A stretch of DNA of 64,000 nt, taken from assembly GCA_963761335.1 (NCBI GenBank), contig CAVXGR010000012.1:448001-512000 (forward strand), given 5' to 3'. The DNA comes from an uncultured delta proteobacterium (GTDB lineage Bacteria > Desulfobacterota > Binatia > HRBIN30 > BPIQ01). Positions 22,329-35,648 of this stretch are shown in pieces. Position 1 is the first letter of the stretch. Each line of letters begins with the position of its first letter. The notes under the pieces were generated by a model. That model was not told the DNA's origin, ran no database searches, and was given only the letters and a program-made list of their open reading frames with translations. The translations under genes and the position numbers were made by a program.

Positions 22329-22357
22329 TTACTATCACCGCACTCCGGGTGTGTCAA
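22329..22357 (-). promoter_or_regulatory. Putative sigma70 promoter of the tRNA-tuf operon
   Basis: Minus strand TTGACA-N17-TAGTAA, about 85 bp upstream of tRNA-Thr. Confidence 0.45.
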
Positions 22358-22388
22358 TATGCCGCCGGGGAGGTCGGCCCCGGGGTCA

Positions 22389-23141
22389 TCACCCGCGGCG
22401 GCGGATCTCGTAGGCGGCCAGGGCGCCGGCAACGGCGGCGTTGAGGGACTCGACGCGCTCGGCCATGGGAATGGAAACGACGAGGTCGCAGGAGCGGCGC
22501 ACCAGGGGGCGAAGGCCGGACTCCCCTCCGACCACGAGCACCGCCGGCCGCGGGAGATCGGCTCCGAAGAGATCGGCCTCGGCGTCCTGGGCGAGCCCGA
22601 CGATCCAGTAGGAGTGCTCCTGCCGCAGGGTTTCGAGAGCCCGCACCAGGTTGGTGACCCGGCACACCGGAAACCAGGCGGTCACCCCGGCGGCGGCCTT
22701 CTCGACCACGGCCGTCACCGCGGCGGCGCGGTCCTGCGGAATGATCACCCCGCCTGCCCCGGCGGCGGCAATGCCGCGGATCAGCGCCCCGAGGTTGCGC
22801 GGGTCTTCCATGCCGTCGGCGGCGACCAGCAGAGAGGCGCCCGCTGCACCGAGATCCTCCAGGTCCGCATAGGCGAACTGCCGCAGAAGTGCCACGGCTC
22901 CCTGGTGCTGCCGCGCTCCCGCCAGACGCGCCAGCGCCTCGGGCTCGGCGTAGGAGACGGCGATTCCCGCCGCCGCCGCGAGGCGCGCCAGATCCGCACG
23001 GCGCTCGCCGCCGCGGGCCAGCCACAGCGCCTCGATCTCCTGCGGCTGACGGCGCAGGTACTCGCGCACCGGGTGGGCGCCGAAAACGCACCGCTCGCCG
23101 CGACCGCCGGGGGTCGCGTTTACATCCCGGTGCCCCTTCAT
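22389..23141 (-). CDS. rlmB: 23S rRNA G2251 2'-O-methyltransferase (TrmH/SpoU family)
   Basis: HQGAVA, EDPRNLGALIR, GGESGL, ESLNAAVA SPOUT motifs; start uncertain. Confidence 0.85.
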   Translation of the reverse strand: MKGHRDVNATPGGRGERCVFGAHPVREYLRRQPQEIEALWLARGGERRADLARLAAAAGIAVSYAEPEALARLAGARQHQGAVALLRQFAYADLEDLGAAGASLLVAADGMEDPRNLGALIRGIAAAGAGGVIIPQDRAAAVTAVVEKAAAGVTAWFPVCRVTNLVRALETLRQEHSYWIVGLAQDAEADLFGADLPRPAVLVVGGESGLRPLVRRSCDLVVSIPMAERVESLNAAVAGALAAYEIRRRG

Positions 23142-23156
23142 TAGGATGCGAGACCG

Positions 23157-24344
23157 ATGAGGACCATCAACCGATACATATTCCGGGAAATCCTCATCCC
23201 CTTCTTCCTGGGATTGGGCATCTTCACCTTCATCCTCCTGATCGCGCGCATTCTCAAGCTGGTGGAGCTGGTGGTCAACCGCGGCGTGCCCGTGTGGGAG
23301 ATCATCAAGCTGTTCTCCTATATCCTTCCCGCCTTCCTCGAGGTCACCGTGCCTATGGCACTGCTGCTGGCGATCCTGGTCGCCTTCGGGCGGATGTCCG
23401 CGGACAGCGAGGTCGTCGCCATGAAGGCCAGCGGCCTGAGCCTCTACCAGCTCGCCAAGCCGGTGCTCGCCTTCACGCTGATCGTCTACGCCGTCAGCAT
23501 GAGCCTCTCGCTCTACGTGCGGCCGTGGGGCAACTCGCTGCTGAAGACGGGGCTCTACGAGGTGGCGAAAAAGCGCGCCAGCGTCGGCGTGCGCGAGAAG
23601 GTCTTCAACGCCGACTTTCCCGGGCTGGTCATCTACGTCGACAAGGTGAACCGCGGCGGCCAGTCCTTCAACGGCGTCATGATCTCCGACACCCGCGACG
23701 CCAACCAGCACAACACCGTCTTCGCCCGCGTCGGCATCCTGGTGAACAACGAGGAGTCGAAGACCCTGACCCTGCGCCTCCTGGACGGTCGCATCGAGAC
23801 CACCAGCCCCGGAAACAGCACCTTTCACGAGACCGAGTTCGCCATCTATGACATCAACCTGGACTGGGGGGTGGCGCTCGCCAACCTCAAGCCCCGGGAG
23901 AAGGATCCCAAGGAAATGACCCTACCGGAGCTGCGCCAGGTAATCCGGCAGAAGCACAGTGCCGGGCTACCGGCCTTCGTCGAGCAGGTCGAGGTGCAGC
24001 GCAAGTTCTCCATCCCCTTCGCCTGCCTGGTGTTCGCCTCCCTGGGCATTCCCCTCGGCATCCAGAGCTCGCGCAGCGTGCGCTCGCGCGGCTTCTCGGT
24101 GAGCCTGGTTCTCATCTTCCTCTATTATATTCTGCTGAGCCTGGCGGAGAACCTCGGGGAACGCGGCTCGGTGTCTCCGGCCCTGGCGATGTGGATCCCC
24201 AACCTGGTGTTCGCCACCGGCGGCGCCTATCTCTTCTACGCTGCGGCCCAGGAACGGACGCCGCATCCCGTGGCGACCGTCGAGGGCTGGATCGCGGGCG
24301 TGCGCGCCCGCGTCGCCTCGCACTTCACCACCAGCACCGGATAA
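23157..24344 (+). CDS. lptF: LPS export ABC transporter permease LptF
   Basis: YjgP/YjgQ-type: RYIFREIL, GRMSADSEVVAMKASGLS, WIPNL. Confidence 0.9.
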   Translation: MRTINRYIFREILIPFFLGLGIFTFILLIARILKLVELVVNRGVPVWEIIKLFSYILPAFLEVTVPMALLLAILVAFGRMSADSEVVAMKASGLSLYQLAKPVLAFTLIVYAVSMSLSLYVRPWGNSLLKTGLYEVAKKRASVGVREKVFNADFPGLVIYVDKVNRGGQSFNGVMISDTRDANQHNTVFARVGILVNNEESKTLTLRLLDGRIETTSPGNSTFHETEFAIYDINLDWGVALANLKPREKDPKEMTLPELRQVIRQKHSAGLPAFVEQVEVQRKFSIPFACLVFASLGIPLGIQSSRSVRSRGFSVSLVLIFLYYILLSLAENLGERGSVSPALAMWIPNLVFATGGAYLFYAAAQERTPHPVATVEGWIAGVRARVASHFTTSTG

Positions 24345-24349
24345 CCCAC

Positions 24350-25450
24350 TTGCTCCAGCCACAACGGCTCCCCTTCACGGTCATCAGCCGCTACGTGCTG
24401 CGGGAGTTCTTCAACCTCTTCGCCCTCACCGTCGCCGCCTTCTCGGCGGTCTACGTGATCGTCGACTTCTTCGATCGCCTGGGGAAGATCCTCGCCAACG
24501 ACGCCTCGGCATCCGCAGCGCTCCGTTTCCTGCTCTTCAAGCTGCCCCTGATCATCACCCAGGTGATCCCGCCGGCAGTGCTGGCGGCAGTGCTGGTGAG
24601 CCTCGGCATGCTGGGACGGCGCAACGAGCTGATTGCGCTGCGCGCCAGCGGCGTCAGCCTGCTGCGCATCGCCCTCCCTCTGCTCGGGGCCGCCACCCTG
24701 ATCAGTGTCGCCGTCCTCGGCTGGAACGAGACGGTGGTTCCCTATGCCACGCACCGCTCGCAGGACGTCAACCTCTTCGAGATCCGCCGCCAGGCGCGGC
24801 CCACGATGCTGAGCGACCGCGAGATCTGGTACCACGGCGCCGACGGATTCTACAACATCGACCATGTCGATCGCGCCCGGCAGACGCTCTACGGGGTGGT
24901 GATCTACCGGGTCAGCCCGGAGTTCCAGCTGCAGAACACGGTCGAGATCAAGGAGGCCCACTGGGCCGGCGATCACTGGAAGATCCCGCAGGCGGTCGAG
25001 CGGCGCATCAGCGATGACGGCGATGTCACCGTCGTGCAGATCGACCCCAGCACCCTCCTGCGCCACGAGCAGCTCGCCGATTTTCTCGAGGTCTACCGGG
25101 AGCCGGAGGAGATGAGCTACGCCATGCTGCGCGAGCGCATCCTGGCGCTCACCCGCAAGGGCATCGACGCCGGCAACTATCTGGTCGATCTCCACCTGAA
25201 GCTCGCCGTCCCCTTCGCCAGCCTGGTGCTCGCCGCCCTCGGCATCCCCATTGCCGGGCGCCTGCGTCGCCACGTCAGCGTCGCCTCGGTGGTGGGCATC
25301 GGCATCGCCGTCGGCTTTTCTTACTGGGTGATCCTCGCCCTCGGCATGTCGCTCGGCAAGAGCGGCGTCCTGCCGCCGTTCGCCGCTGCCTGGTCGGCGA
25401 ACATCATCTGCAGCCTGGCCGCCGTCTTTCTCTTTCTCAGCGCCGAGTGA
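24350..25450 (+). CDS. lptG: LPS export ABC transporter permease LptG
   Basis: ISRYVLREF, RNELIALRASGVS, AAWSAN; paralog directly after lptF; TTG start inferred. Confidence 0.85.
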   Translation: MLQPQRLPFTVISRYVLREFFNLFALTVAAFSAVYVIVDFFDRLGKILANDASASAALRFLLFKLPLIITQVIPPAVLAAVLVSLGMLGRRNELIALRASGVSLLRIALPLLGAATLISVAVLGWNETVVPYATHRSQDVNLFEIRRQARPTMLSDREIWYHGADGFYNIDHVDRARQTLYGVVIYRVSPEFQLQNTVEIKEAHWAGDHWKIPQAVERRISDDGDVTVVQIDPSTLLRHEQLADFLEVYREPEEMSYAMLRERILALTRKGIDAGNYLVDLHLKLAVPFASLVLAALGIPIAGRLRRHVSVASVVGIGIAVGFSYWVILALGMSLGKSGVLPPFAAAWSANIICSLAAVFLFLSAE

Positions 25451-25456
25451 ACGGGC

Positions 25457-26491
25457 TCAGGGGCCCCACGGCGACAGCCGCAGACCGTCGGTCTCGGCGA
25501 GCGCGAACATGACGTTCATGTTCTGGATCGCCTGCCCGGCGGCCCCCTTGCCGAGGTTGTCGAGGGCGGTGACCAGCACCACGGTGCCGGTGCTCTCGTC
25601 CAGACGCCAGCCGATGGCGCAGACGTTGGTGCCGCGCGTCTCGCGCACCTCGGGCCAGCGGCCGGGGCAGAGCCGGACGAAAGGCTCGTGGTCGTAGGCG
25701 GCGGCCAGCGCCTGGTCGAGGCGCGCACTGCTGCACCCGGGGGCGGCCGCAGCGTAGATGGTGCTCAGAATGCCGCGGCTCATCGGCACTAGATGCGGAG
25801 AGAAGAGCGTGGCCACGGCGCGACCCGTGAGCCGCTCGATGTCCTCGTCGATCTCCGGGCCGTGGCGATGGGCGCCGATCGAGTAGGCACGCACGCTCTC
25901 GTTGACCTCGGCGAAGAGCTGCTCGATCGCCGCCTTGCGGCGCGCCCCGGTGACTCCGGACTTGGCGTCGATGATCACCGGGGCGTCGATCAGGCCAGCG
26001 CGCAAGAGCGGCACCAGCGCCAGCAGAGCCCCGGTCGGGTAGCAACCGGGGTTGGCGACCAGCGGCGCCGTGCGGATCTCCTCGCGATGCAGCTCGGTGA
26101 GTCCGTAGACGGCGGCGCGGCGCAGGACGGGAGCGGGGTCGTCGCCGTACCAGCGCCTATGCCGGGCATCGTCCTTGATACGGAAGGCGGCGCTGACGTC
26201 GATGACGCGCACGCCGGCCTCGACCAGCTGCGGCAGCAGCGTCGCGGAGGCCGCCTCCGGCAGTGCCGCGATGGCGACGTCGACGCGGCCGGCGAGCCGC
26301 TGCGGGTCGGCGGGCTCGAGCTCCCAGTCCGCCTCGGCCAGGAAGGGGTGAACGGCGTTCAGGCGCTGCCCGACGTGCTGCTCGGCGGTCACCGCGGCCA
26401 CTGCGGCGCGCGGGTGGCCGAGCAACAGGCGGACCGCTTCCGCGCCGCTGTAGCCCGTGGCTCCGAGAACGCCGACACGCACCTGCTCCAT
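25457..26491 (-). CDS. argC: N-acetyl-gamma-glutamyl-phosphate reductase
   Basis: GATGYSG, VANPGCYPT, DNLGKGAAGQAIQNMN. Confidence 0.96.
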   Translation of the reverse strand: MEQVRVGVLGATGYSGAEAVRLLLGHPRAAVAAVTAEQHVGQRLNAVHPFLAEADWELEPADPQRLAGRVDVAIAALPEAASATLLPQLVEAGVRVIDVSAAFRIKDDARHRRWYGDDPAPVLRRAAVYGLTELHREEIRTAPLVANPGCYPTGALLALVPLLRAGLIDAPVIIDAKSGVTGARRKAAIEQLFAEVNESVRAYSIGAHRHGPEIDEDIERLTGRAVATLFSPHLVPMSRGILSTIYAAAAPGCSSARLDQALAAAYDHEPFVRLCPGRWPEVRETRGTNVCAIGWRLDESTGTVVLVTALDNLGKGAAGQAIQNMNVMFALAETDGLRLSPWGP

Positions 26492-26510
26492 GAGAAAGCC
26501 TCCGGAAACG

Positions 26511-26534
26511 AAAAAGGGGGGCCGCAGCCCCCCT
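26511..26534 (-). terminator. Rho-independent terminator after rpsI
   Basis: Minus strand GGGGGC-TGCG-GCCCCC followed by CTTTTT. Confidence 0.75.
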
Positions 26535-26543
26535 TCCCGCGTT

Positions 26544-26942
26544 TTACCGCTTCGAGTACTGCGGCCGCTTGCGCGCCTTGTGGCGCCCGTACTTCTTGCG
26601 CTCGACCTTGCGCGGGTCGCGCGTGACGAAGCCGGCCTTCTTCAGCGCCGGCCGCATCTCGGCATCGATCTCCATCAGCGCCCGGGTGATGCCGTGCCGG
26701 ATGGCGGCGGCCTGCGCCGACACGCCGCCGCCGCGCACGTTGACGCGAACGTCGAACTTGCCGGCGGTCTCCGTCAGCTCGAACGGCTGATTGACGATCA
26801 TGCGCGAGGTCGGCCGCCCGAAGTAATCCTCCAGGCTGCGCTGGTTGACGATGACCTCGCCGCTGCCCGGGAGCAGCGATACGCGCGCCACCGCCCGCTT
26901 GCGCTTACCCGTTGCCTGATATCGTGCCACTCGCTCTGCCAT
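26544..26942 (-). CDS. rpsI: 30S ribosomal protein S9
   Basis: [13 protein letters not shown]...QYSKR. Confidence 0.98.
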   Translation of the reverse strand: MAERVARYQATGKRKRAVARVSLLPGSGEVIVNQRSLEDYFGRPTSRMIVNQPFELTETAGKFDVRVNVRGGGVSAQAAAIRHGITRALMEIDAEMRPALKKAGFVTRDPRKVERKKYGRHKARKRPQYSKR

Positions 26943-26945
26943 CGT

Positions 26946-27392
26946 CTACTCCTGCACCGCCACCGGCGTCGGCTGCTGGGCCTCGTGCGGGTGCTCCGCC
27001 TGCCGGTAGATCTTCAGCTTCTTGGCCAATTGCCGCCCGAGGCGGTTCTTGGGCAGCATGCCCTCGACCGCGGAGCGCAGCACGCGCTCGGGTCGCTCCT
27101 CCAGCACCTGCGCGGCCACCACCTGGCGGATGCCGCCGGGGTAGCCGGTGTGCCGGTAGTACACCTTCTGATCGGCCTTCTTCCCCGTCAGCCGCACCGT
27201 GGCGGCGTTGATGATGACGACGAAGTCGCCGCAATCCACGTGCGGAGTGAAGGTGGGCTTTCCCTTGCCGCGCAGCAGATTGGCCACCATGGTGGCGACT
27301 CGGCCGACGACCTGGTCCCGCGCATCGACGAGGTACCAGCGGCGAGCCTCGAGGCTCTCCTCCCGCGTCGGCATGTACGTTTGTCCCTTCAT
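26946..27392 (-). CDS. rplM: 50S ribosomal protein L13
   Basis: FTPHVDCGDFVVIINA, YYRHTGYPGG. Confidence 0.98.
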   Translation of the reverse strand: MKGQTYMPTREESLEARRWYLVDARDQVVGRVATMVANLLRGKGKPTFTPHVDCGDFVVIINAATVRLTGKKADQKVYYRHTGYPGGIRQVVAAQVLEERPERVLRSAVEGMLPKNRLGRQLAKKLKIYRQAEHPHEAQQPTPVAVQE

Positions 27393-27422
27393 TTCCTTCG
27401 ACTCCTCGATCGCACCAAAGTT

Positions 27423-27448
27423 GAAAACCCCTCCTGCGAGGGGTTTTC
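27423..27448. terminator. Hairpin (possibly bidirectional terminator) downstream of tRNA-Asp
   Basis: GAAAACCCCTC-ctgc-GAGGGGTTTTC. Confidence 0.65.
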
Positions 27449-27453
27449 CAGAG

Positions 27454-27527
27454 CGGGGCCGACGAGACTCGAACTCGCGACCTCCTGCGTGACAGGCAGG
27501 CGTTCTAACCAGCTGAACTACGACCCC
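27454..27527 (-). tRNA. tRNA-Asp (GTC)
   Basis: GGGGTCG/CGGCCCC acceptor, anticodon loop CTGTCAC. Confidence 0.95.
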
Positions 27528-27598
27528 TCGGTCCGAACCTTGTCTGATACATCAGAAGCCGTTCCGGATCAATCCGGATGGCGCCCCGGAGGGTGAAA

Positions 27599-27673
27599 TG
27601 GTGGGCGGTATCCGATTTGAACGGATGACCACCGGCTTGTAAGGCCGATGCTCTCCCCCTGAGCTAACCGCCC
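27599..27673 (-). tRNA. tRNA-Val (TAC)
   Basis: GGGCGGT/ACCGCCC-ACCA, anticodon loop CTTACAA. Confidence 0.95.
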
Positions 27674-27695
27674 GCGGCTCCCCTTCTGGTGTTCC

Positions 27696-27968
27696 TCAGT
27701 TCAGGGAGTCCTTGAGAGTCTTGCCGGCCTTGAACTTGGCCGCCCGCGAGGCGGCGATCTCGATGCTCTCGCCGGTCTTGGGGTTGCGCCCGGTGCGCGC
27801 CTTGCGCGAGGAGACGGCAAACGTCCCGAAGCCCGAGATGTTCACCTTGTCCCCCTGCTTGAGGGCCTCGACGATGTCGTCGAACAGCGTGTTGACGGCG
27901 CGCTCTGCGGTCGCGCGAGGGAGATCCACCTTGCTGGCAACGGACTCGATGAGGTCGGCCTTGGTCAT
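27696..27968 (-). CDS. hup: DNA-binding protein HU
   Basis: ISGFGTF...ARTGRNPKTGE; after lon. Confidence 0.96.
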   Translation of the reverse strand: MTKADLIESVASKVDLPRATAERAVNTLFDDIVEALKQGDKVNISGFGTFAVSSRKARTGRNPKTGESIEIAASRAAKFKAGKTLKDSLN

Positions 27969-28025
27969 GGCGGGGCGTATAACAAGCGGATCTCCGTCAA
28001 GTCAAGGCGGCGACGAAGGGGGCGC

Positions 28026-30467
<2,442 letters not shown>

Positions 30468-30491
30468 TGATCCTCCCAGGCAAGTGCGCGC

Positions 30492-31745
<1,254 letters not shown>

Positions 31746-31757
31746 GGCGCCTCCACC

Positions 31758-32354
31758 TCACACTTTCTTCGGAACGCGGCTGACGATGACCTCGTCCACC
31801 AGCCCGTACTCCACCGCTTGCTTGCCGGTCATGAACATGTCGCGATCGGTGTCTTTTTCGATGCGTTTCAGGCTCTGTCCCGTATGGCGAACCAGGATGT
31901 TGTTCATCTGCTCGCGAATGCGCAGGATCTCGCGGGCCTGGATGTCGATGTCGACGGCCTGCCCCTGCACGCCTCCGAGCGGCTGGTGGATCATGATGCG
32001 CGAGTGCGGCAGCGCATAGCGCTTGCCCTTCGCCCCCGCTGCCAGCAGCCACGCCGCCATGCTCGCCGCCTGCCCGAGGCAGAGGGTGGAGACGTCGGGG
32101 CGGATGTACTGCATGGTGTCGTAGATCGCCAAGCCGGCGGTCACCGACCCCCCCGGAGAGTTGATGTAGAAATGGATCTCTTTCTCCGGATCCTCGGATT
32201 CGAGGAAGAGCAGCTGCGCCGTGATCAGGTTGGCGATCTCGTCGACGATCGGCGAACCGAGAAAGACGATGCGATCACGCAGCAGGCGAGAGTAGATGTC
32301 GTAGGCGCGCTCGCCACGACCAGTCTGTTCAATAACGATCGGGATCAGGCCCAT
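31758..32354 (-). CDS. clpP: ATP-dependent Clp protease proteolytic subunit
   Basis: [20 protein letters not shown]. Confidence 0.98.
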   Translation of the reverse strand: MGLIPIVIEQTGRGERAYDIYSRLLRDRIVFLGSPIVDEIANLITAQLLFLESEDPEKEIHFYINSPGGSVTAGLAIYDTMQYIRPDVSTLCLGQAASMAAWLLAAGAKGKRYALPHSRIMIHQPLGGVQGQAVDIDIQAREILRIREQMNNILVRHTGQSLKRIEKDTDRDMFMTGKQAVEYGLVDEVIVSRVPKKV

Positions 32355-32386
32355 GAAGTCCCACTGTTTCGCGTCACGCCAGAATT

Positions 32387-33709
32387 CTAGCGGCTTTCAT
32401 CCGCCCCAGCAACGTCGGCGGACAGCCTTTCGACCTTGCTGATATCGGCGCGGGCGACGATCCAGTCGAGCGCGCGGTTGCGCCGCATGCGCTCGCGTAA
32501 GCCCTGGCGCGCTTCCGGACGAGCCGAGAGCGAACGGATGCGTTCTCCGGCCTCCCCCGCCGCCGACGCCGAGCGCTCCACCTCCGCCTCCACCTCTTCG
32601 TCGGTCACCTCGATGTTCTCCTGACGCGCCACCGCTTCGAGCAGCAGCGATGCCTTCACCTGATCGCGGGCGCGCGGCCGCAGCTCGTCACGCAGTGCCG
32701 CTAGAGCCGAATCCTGCTCCTTCGGCCAGATCCGCCGCGAGCGCCAGTTCTCGACGACGTCCATCATCAGGTACTCGGTCTCGCGCGCCACCATCGCGTC
32801 CGGCAGCTCGAACTCGTGACTGGTCACCAGCTGCGACACCGCGGCGCTGCGCACCTGCTCCTCGGCCTGGCGCGAGGCGCTGCTCTCGAGGTGCTGGCGC
32901 ACGCGCTCGCGCAACGCCGCGAGGGTGTCGCATTCGCCGTGGTCCTTGGCGAAGTCGTCGTCGAGCGGCGGAACGTCCTTGAGGGCCAGGGCGCGGACGA
33001 GAACCCGGAACTGCACCGTCTGTCCCGCCAGGTCCTCGTGCGGATCATCCGCCGCATAGGTGACCGGGAACTCCAGCGTCTGGCCGACCTCGGCGCCGAG
33101 CAGACGCGCCTCGAAGGCCTCCGGAAAACGCCCGCCGCCGATTTCGCAGGGCCGCTTCTCGCCGCGGGCGATGACGCGCTCGCCGACCTTCCCCTCGTAG
33201 TCGATGACGGCCACGTCGCCCGGCTGCACGGTGCTGCGATCGTCCACCGGGCGCAGCTGCGCGAATGATTCCTGCAAGCTCTTCAGGTAGCGATCGACGT
33301 CGTCGTCGCTGACCCGCACCACCGGGCTCTCCAGCTTGAGATCCTGGTAGCCGCGCGCCTCGACCTCGGGGTAGGTCTCCACGGTGGCTGTGAAGCGCAG
33401 CGGTCCGCCGGGCTCGGCCGACTCGGTGGCCACCTGGGCCTCGCCGACGACGTGGAGGTGCTGCTCCTCAAGGGCTTCGCCGAGAGAGGCGCGCATCAGC
33501 CGATCGACGACGTCGGCCCGCAGGCGATGTCCGTACTCCTTCTCGAGCACGGGGCGCGGCGCCCTGCCGGGTCGAAATCCCTTCACCCGGGCGCTGCGCC
33601 GGAGCTCCGCATAGGCGCTCTCGACCTCAGCCGCCACCTGGTCCGCCGGTACCTCGATTGTCAGGCGCCGGCGAACGGGGCTGATCGTCTCAACATCGAC
33701 CTTGAGCAT
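32387..33709 (-). CDS. tig: Trigger factor
   Basis: GFRPGRAP ribosome-binding motif; tig-clpP-clpX-lon order. Confidence 0.93.
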   Translation of the reverse strand: MLKVDVETISPVRRRLTIEVPADQVAAEVESAYAELRRSARVKGFRPGRAPRPVLEKEYGHRLRADVVDRLMRASLGEALEEQHLHVVGEAQVATESAEPGGPLRFTATVETYPEVEARGYQDLKLESPVVRVSDDDVDRYLKSLQESFAQLRPVDDRSTVQPGDVAVIDYEGKVGERVIARGEKRPCEIGGGRFPEAFEARLLGAEVGQTLEFPVTYAADDPHEDLAGQTVQFRVLVRALALKDVPPLDDDFAKDHGECDTLAALRERVRQHLESSASRQAEEQVRSAAVSQLVTSHEFELPDAMVARETEYLMMDVVENWRSRRIWPKEQDSALAALRDELRPRARDQVKASLLLEAVARQENIEVTDEEVEAEVERSASAAGEAGERIRSLSARPEARQGLRERMRRNRALDWIVARADISKVERLSADVAGADESR

Positions 33710-33875
33710 TCATTATCTTCAGTTAGGGCCGCAGGAATTCTTAAACCACACGCATCCCGGTGATTCAAGGAAGGCGGCGCCGGCACGCATACACCGGGAA
33801 GGGTGGGCTGCCAGGGAATCTCCCGGCGGGGCGCCGGTCCTTGCGACAGGCCATTCTCCATTCCGTCGTTCCCGT

Positions 33876-34003
33876 TCGCATTCCCGGTTCTCGTTCCGTC
33901 GTTTTCCATTGTTCTGTGAGCCCCGGTAGATCGATCAGCTGCGCGGGTCCCTTGCGGCTGTCAGAGCGAATGGAAAACGACGGAACGAGAACCGGGAATG
34001 CGA
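33876..34003. repeat. Perfect 35-bp inverted repeat with 58-bp spacer
   Basis: TCGCATTCCCGGTTCTCGTTCCGTCGTTTTCCATT (33876-33910) and its exact reverse complement (33969-34003). Confidence 0.9.
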
Positions 34004-34232
34004 GCCGGAAATGGCGAAGGGGAATCCTCGCCGCCTCTTTTCCATTGGGCGCCGGCCCTTCCCACTTTCCGGAATCCACCGAAGGCGAGAGGGAGGCTGC
34101 TCCCGCTCAAATTGGCGCCCAACGCGCCGGCCTGCTTCTTGGACGTCGACGGCATTCCGGGGGTGCGGTGTATCATTAGAAGGAGTAGGAAAAAGCATCG
34201 AGGCCGGGGCAGAAGATCGTAAAGGAGGAGAC

Positions 34233-35648
34233 GTGCTGGCGAAGCTCTACAATCTTCTGAATCTCTGTGCCGTGCCCCCCTCCCTCGCCGAGGTCAGCAG
34301 CCGCTCGCCCGCCGAGGTCGACCCGCACAGCGTCGGCGCCAGCCGAGAAGGAGTCGAGGCGGCCTGGAAAGCGGTGGAGCGCTTCTACCGCACCGGCCTC
34401 CATCCGGCAATGCAGCTCTGCGTCCGCCGCCGCGGCGAGGTGATCATCGACCGGGTTATCGGCCACACCGCCGGCAACGGACCGGGCGATCCGCCGGACG
34501 CCGAGAAGGTGCTGGCCACTCTCGACACCCCCTTCTGCATCTTCTCGGCATCCAAGGCAGTGACCGCCATGGTCATCCACCTCCTCGATCAGCAGCACCT
34601 GCTGCACGTCGACGACCCGGTGAGTGAGTACGTCCCGGAGTTCGCCAGCCACGGCAAGGACCGCGTCACCATCGAGCACGTCCTCACCCACCGGGCCGGC
34701 GTGCCCAACATGCCCGCCGGGGAGATGCGGCTCGAGAACCTGCTGGTCCCCGGGCGCATCGTGCAGATTCTCTGCGACGCGGAGCCGACCTGGACCCCCG
34801 GCCGGCGACTCGCCTACCACGCCATCACCGGCGGCTTCATCCTCGGCGAGGTGGTGAAGCGGGTCACCGGCAAGGACGTCCGCACCGTGCTCGGCGAGGA
34901 GATCCTCGCGCCCCTCGGCTTTCGCTGGATGAACTACGGAGTGAAGCGCGCCGATGTCGAGCGGGTGGCGCGCAGCTACTTCACCGGGCCTCCCCTGCTG
35001 CCGCCGATATCGACGCTGTCGCGCCGCGCCCTCGGCATCGATTTCCGCGAGGTGCCGGAGGTCTCCAATGACCCGCGCTACCTGACCGCGGTCGTGCCCG
35101 CCGGCAACGTCGTCTCCAACGCCAACGAGCTGAGCCGCTTCTTTCAGCTGCTGCTCAACGACGGCGAGCTCGACGGTGTGCGCGTCTTCGAGCCGCGTAC
35201 CATCCGCCGGGCGACCTCGGAGCAGTCCTACCTCGAGCTCGACCTGACCCTCGGCGTGCCCACCCGCTACTCGATGGGGTTCATGCTCGGCGGCTTCGGC
35301 TTCTACGGCCCGGGCACCTCGCGCGCCTTCGGCCATCTCGGCTTCATCAACATCGTCGCCTGGGCCGATCCCGAACGGCAGATCGCCGCGGCGCTCACCA
35401 ACAGCGGCAAGCCTCTCTTCTTCGCCGAGCTGTTCTTCCTGTACGACATCATGCGGCAGATCGGGCTGGCGTGTCCGCCGACCGCCAAGGGGACTGCAAG
35501 GAGCGCCAAGAAAGAAGAGAAGAGCGGCAAGGGGAAAACCGCCAAGGGCGCCGGGGGAAGAGGAAAGAGCGCCGAGGGAACTGCAAAGAGCTCTAAGAGG
35601 AAAGGAAAGAAGGGCGCCAAGACAAATGCAAGGGGGAGACGTCGATGA
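34233..35648 (+). CDS. Serine hydrolase, beta-lactamase/EstA-like family, with Lys-rich tail
   Basis: FSASK (SxxK), LTHRAG, YHAITGG, FGHLG; GTG start after AAGGAGGAG. Confidence 0.85.
   Translation: MLAKLYNLLNLCAVPPSLAEVSSRSPAEVDPHSVGASREGVEAAWKAVERFYRTGLHPAMQLCVRRRGEVIIDRVIGHTAGNGPGDPPDAEKVLATLDTPFCIFSASKAVTAMVIHLLDQQHLLHVDDPVSEYVPEFASHGKDRVTIEHVLTHRAGVPNMPAGEMRLENLLVPGRIVQILCDAEPTWTPGRRLAYHAITGGFILGEVVKRVTGKDVRTVLGEEILAPLGFRWMNYGVKRADVERVARSYFTGPPLLPPISTLSRRALGIDFREVPEVSNDPRYLTAVVPAGNVVSNANELSRFFQLLLNDGELDGVRVFEPRTIRRATSEQSYLELDLTLGVPTRYSMGFMLGGFGFYGPGTSRAFGHLGFINIVAWADPERQIAAALTNSGKPLFFAELFFLYDIMRQIGLACPPTAKGTARSAKKEEKSGKGKTAKGAGGRGKSAEGTAKSSKRKGKKGAKTNARGRRR

Noticed and set aside
33661..34222. 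Short ORFs in the tig upstream region (MENDGTRTGNA...)
   Set aside because: They are translations of the two palindrome arms on opposite strands
34233..35648. Antibiotic-resistance beta-lactamase
   Set aside because: No signal peptide; motifs fit cytoplasmic esterase-type serine hydrolases of the same fold
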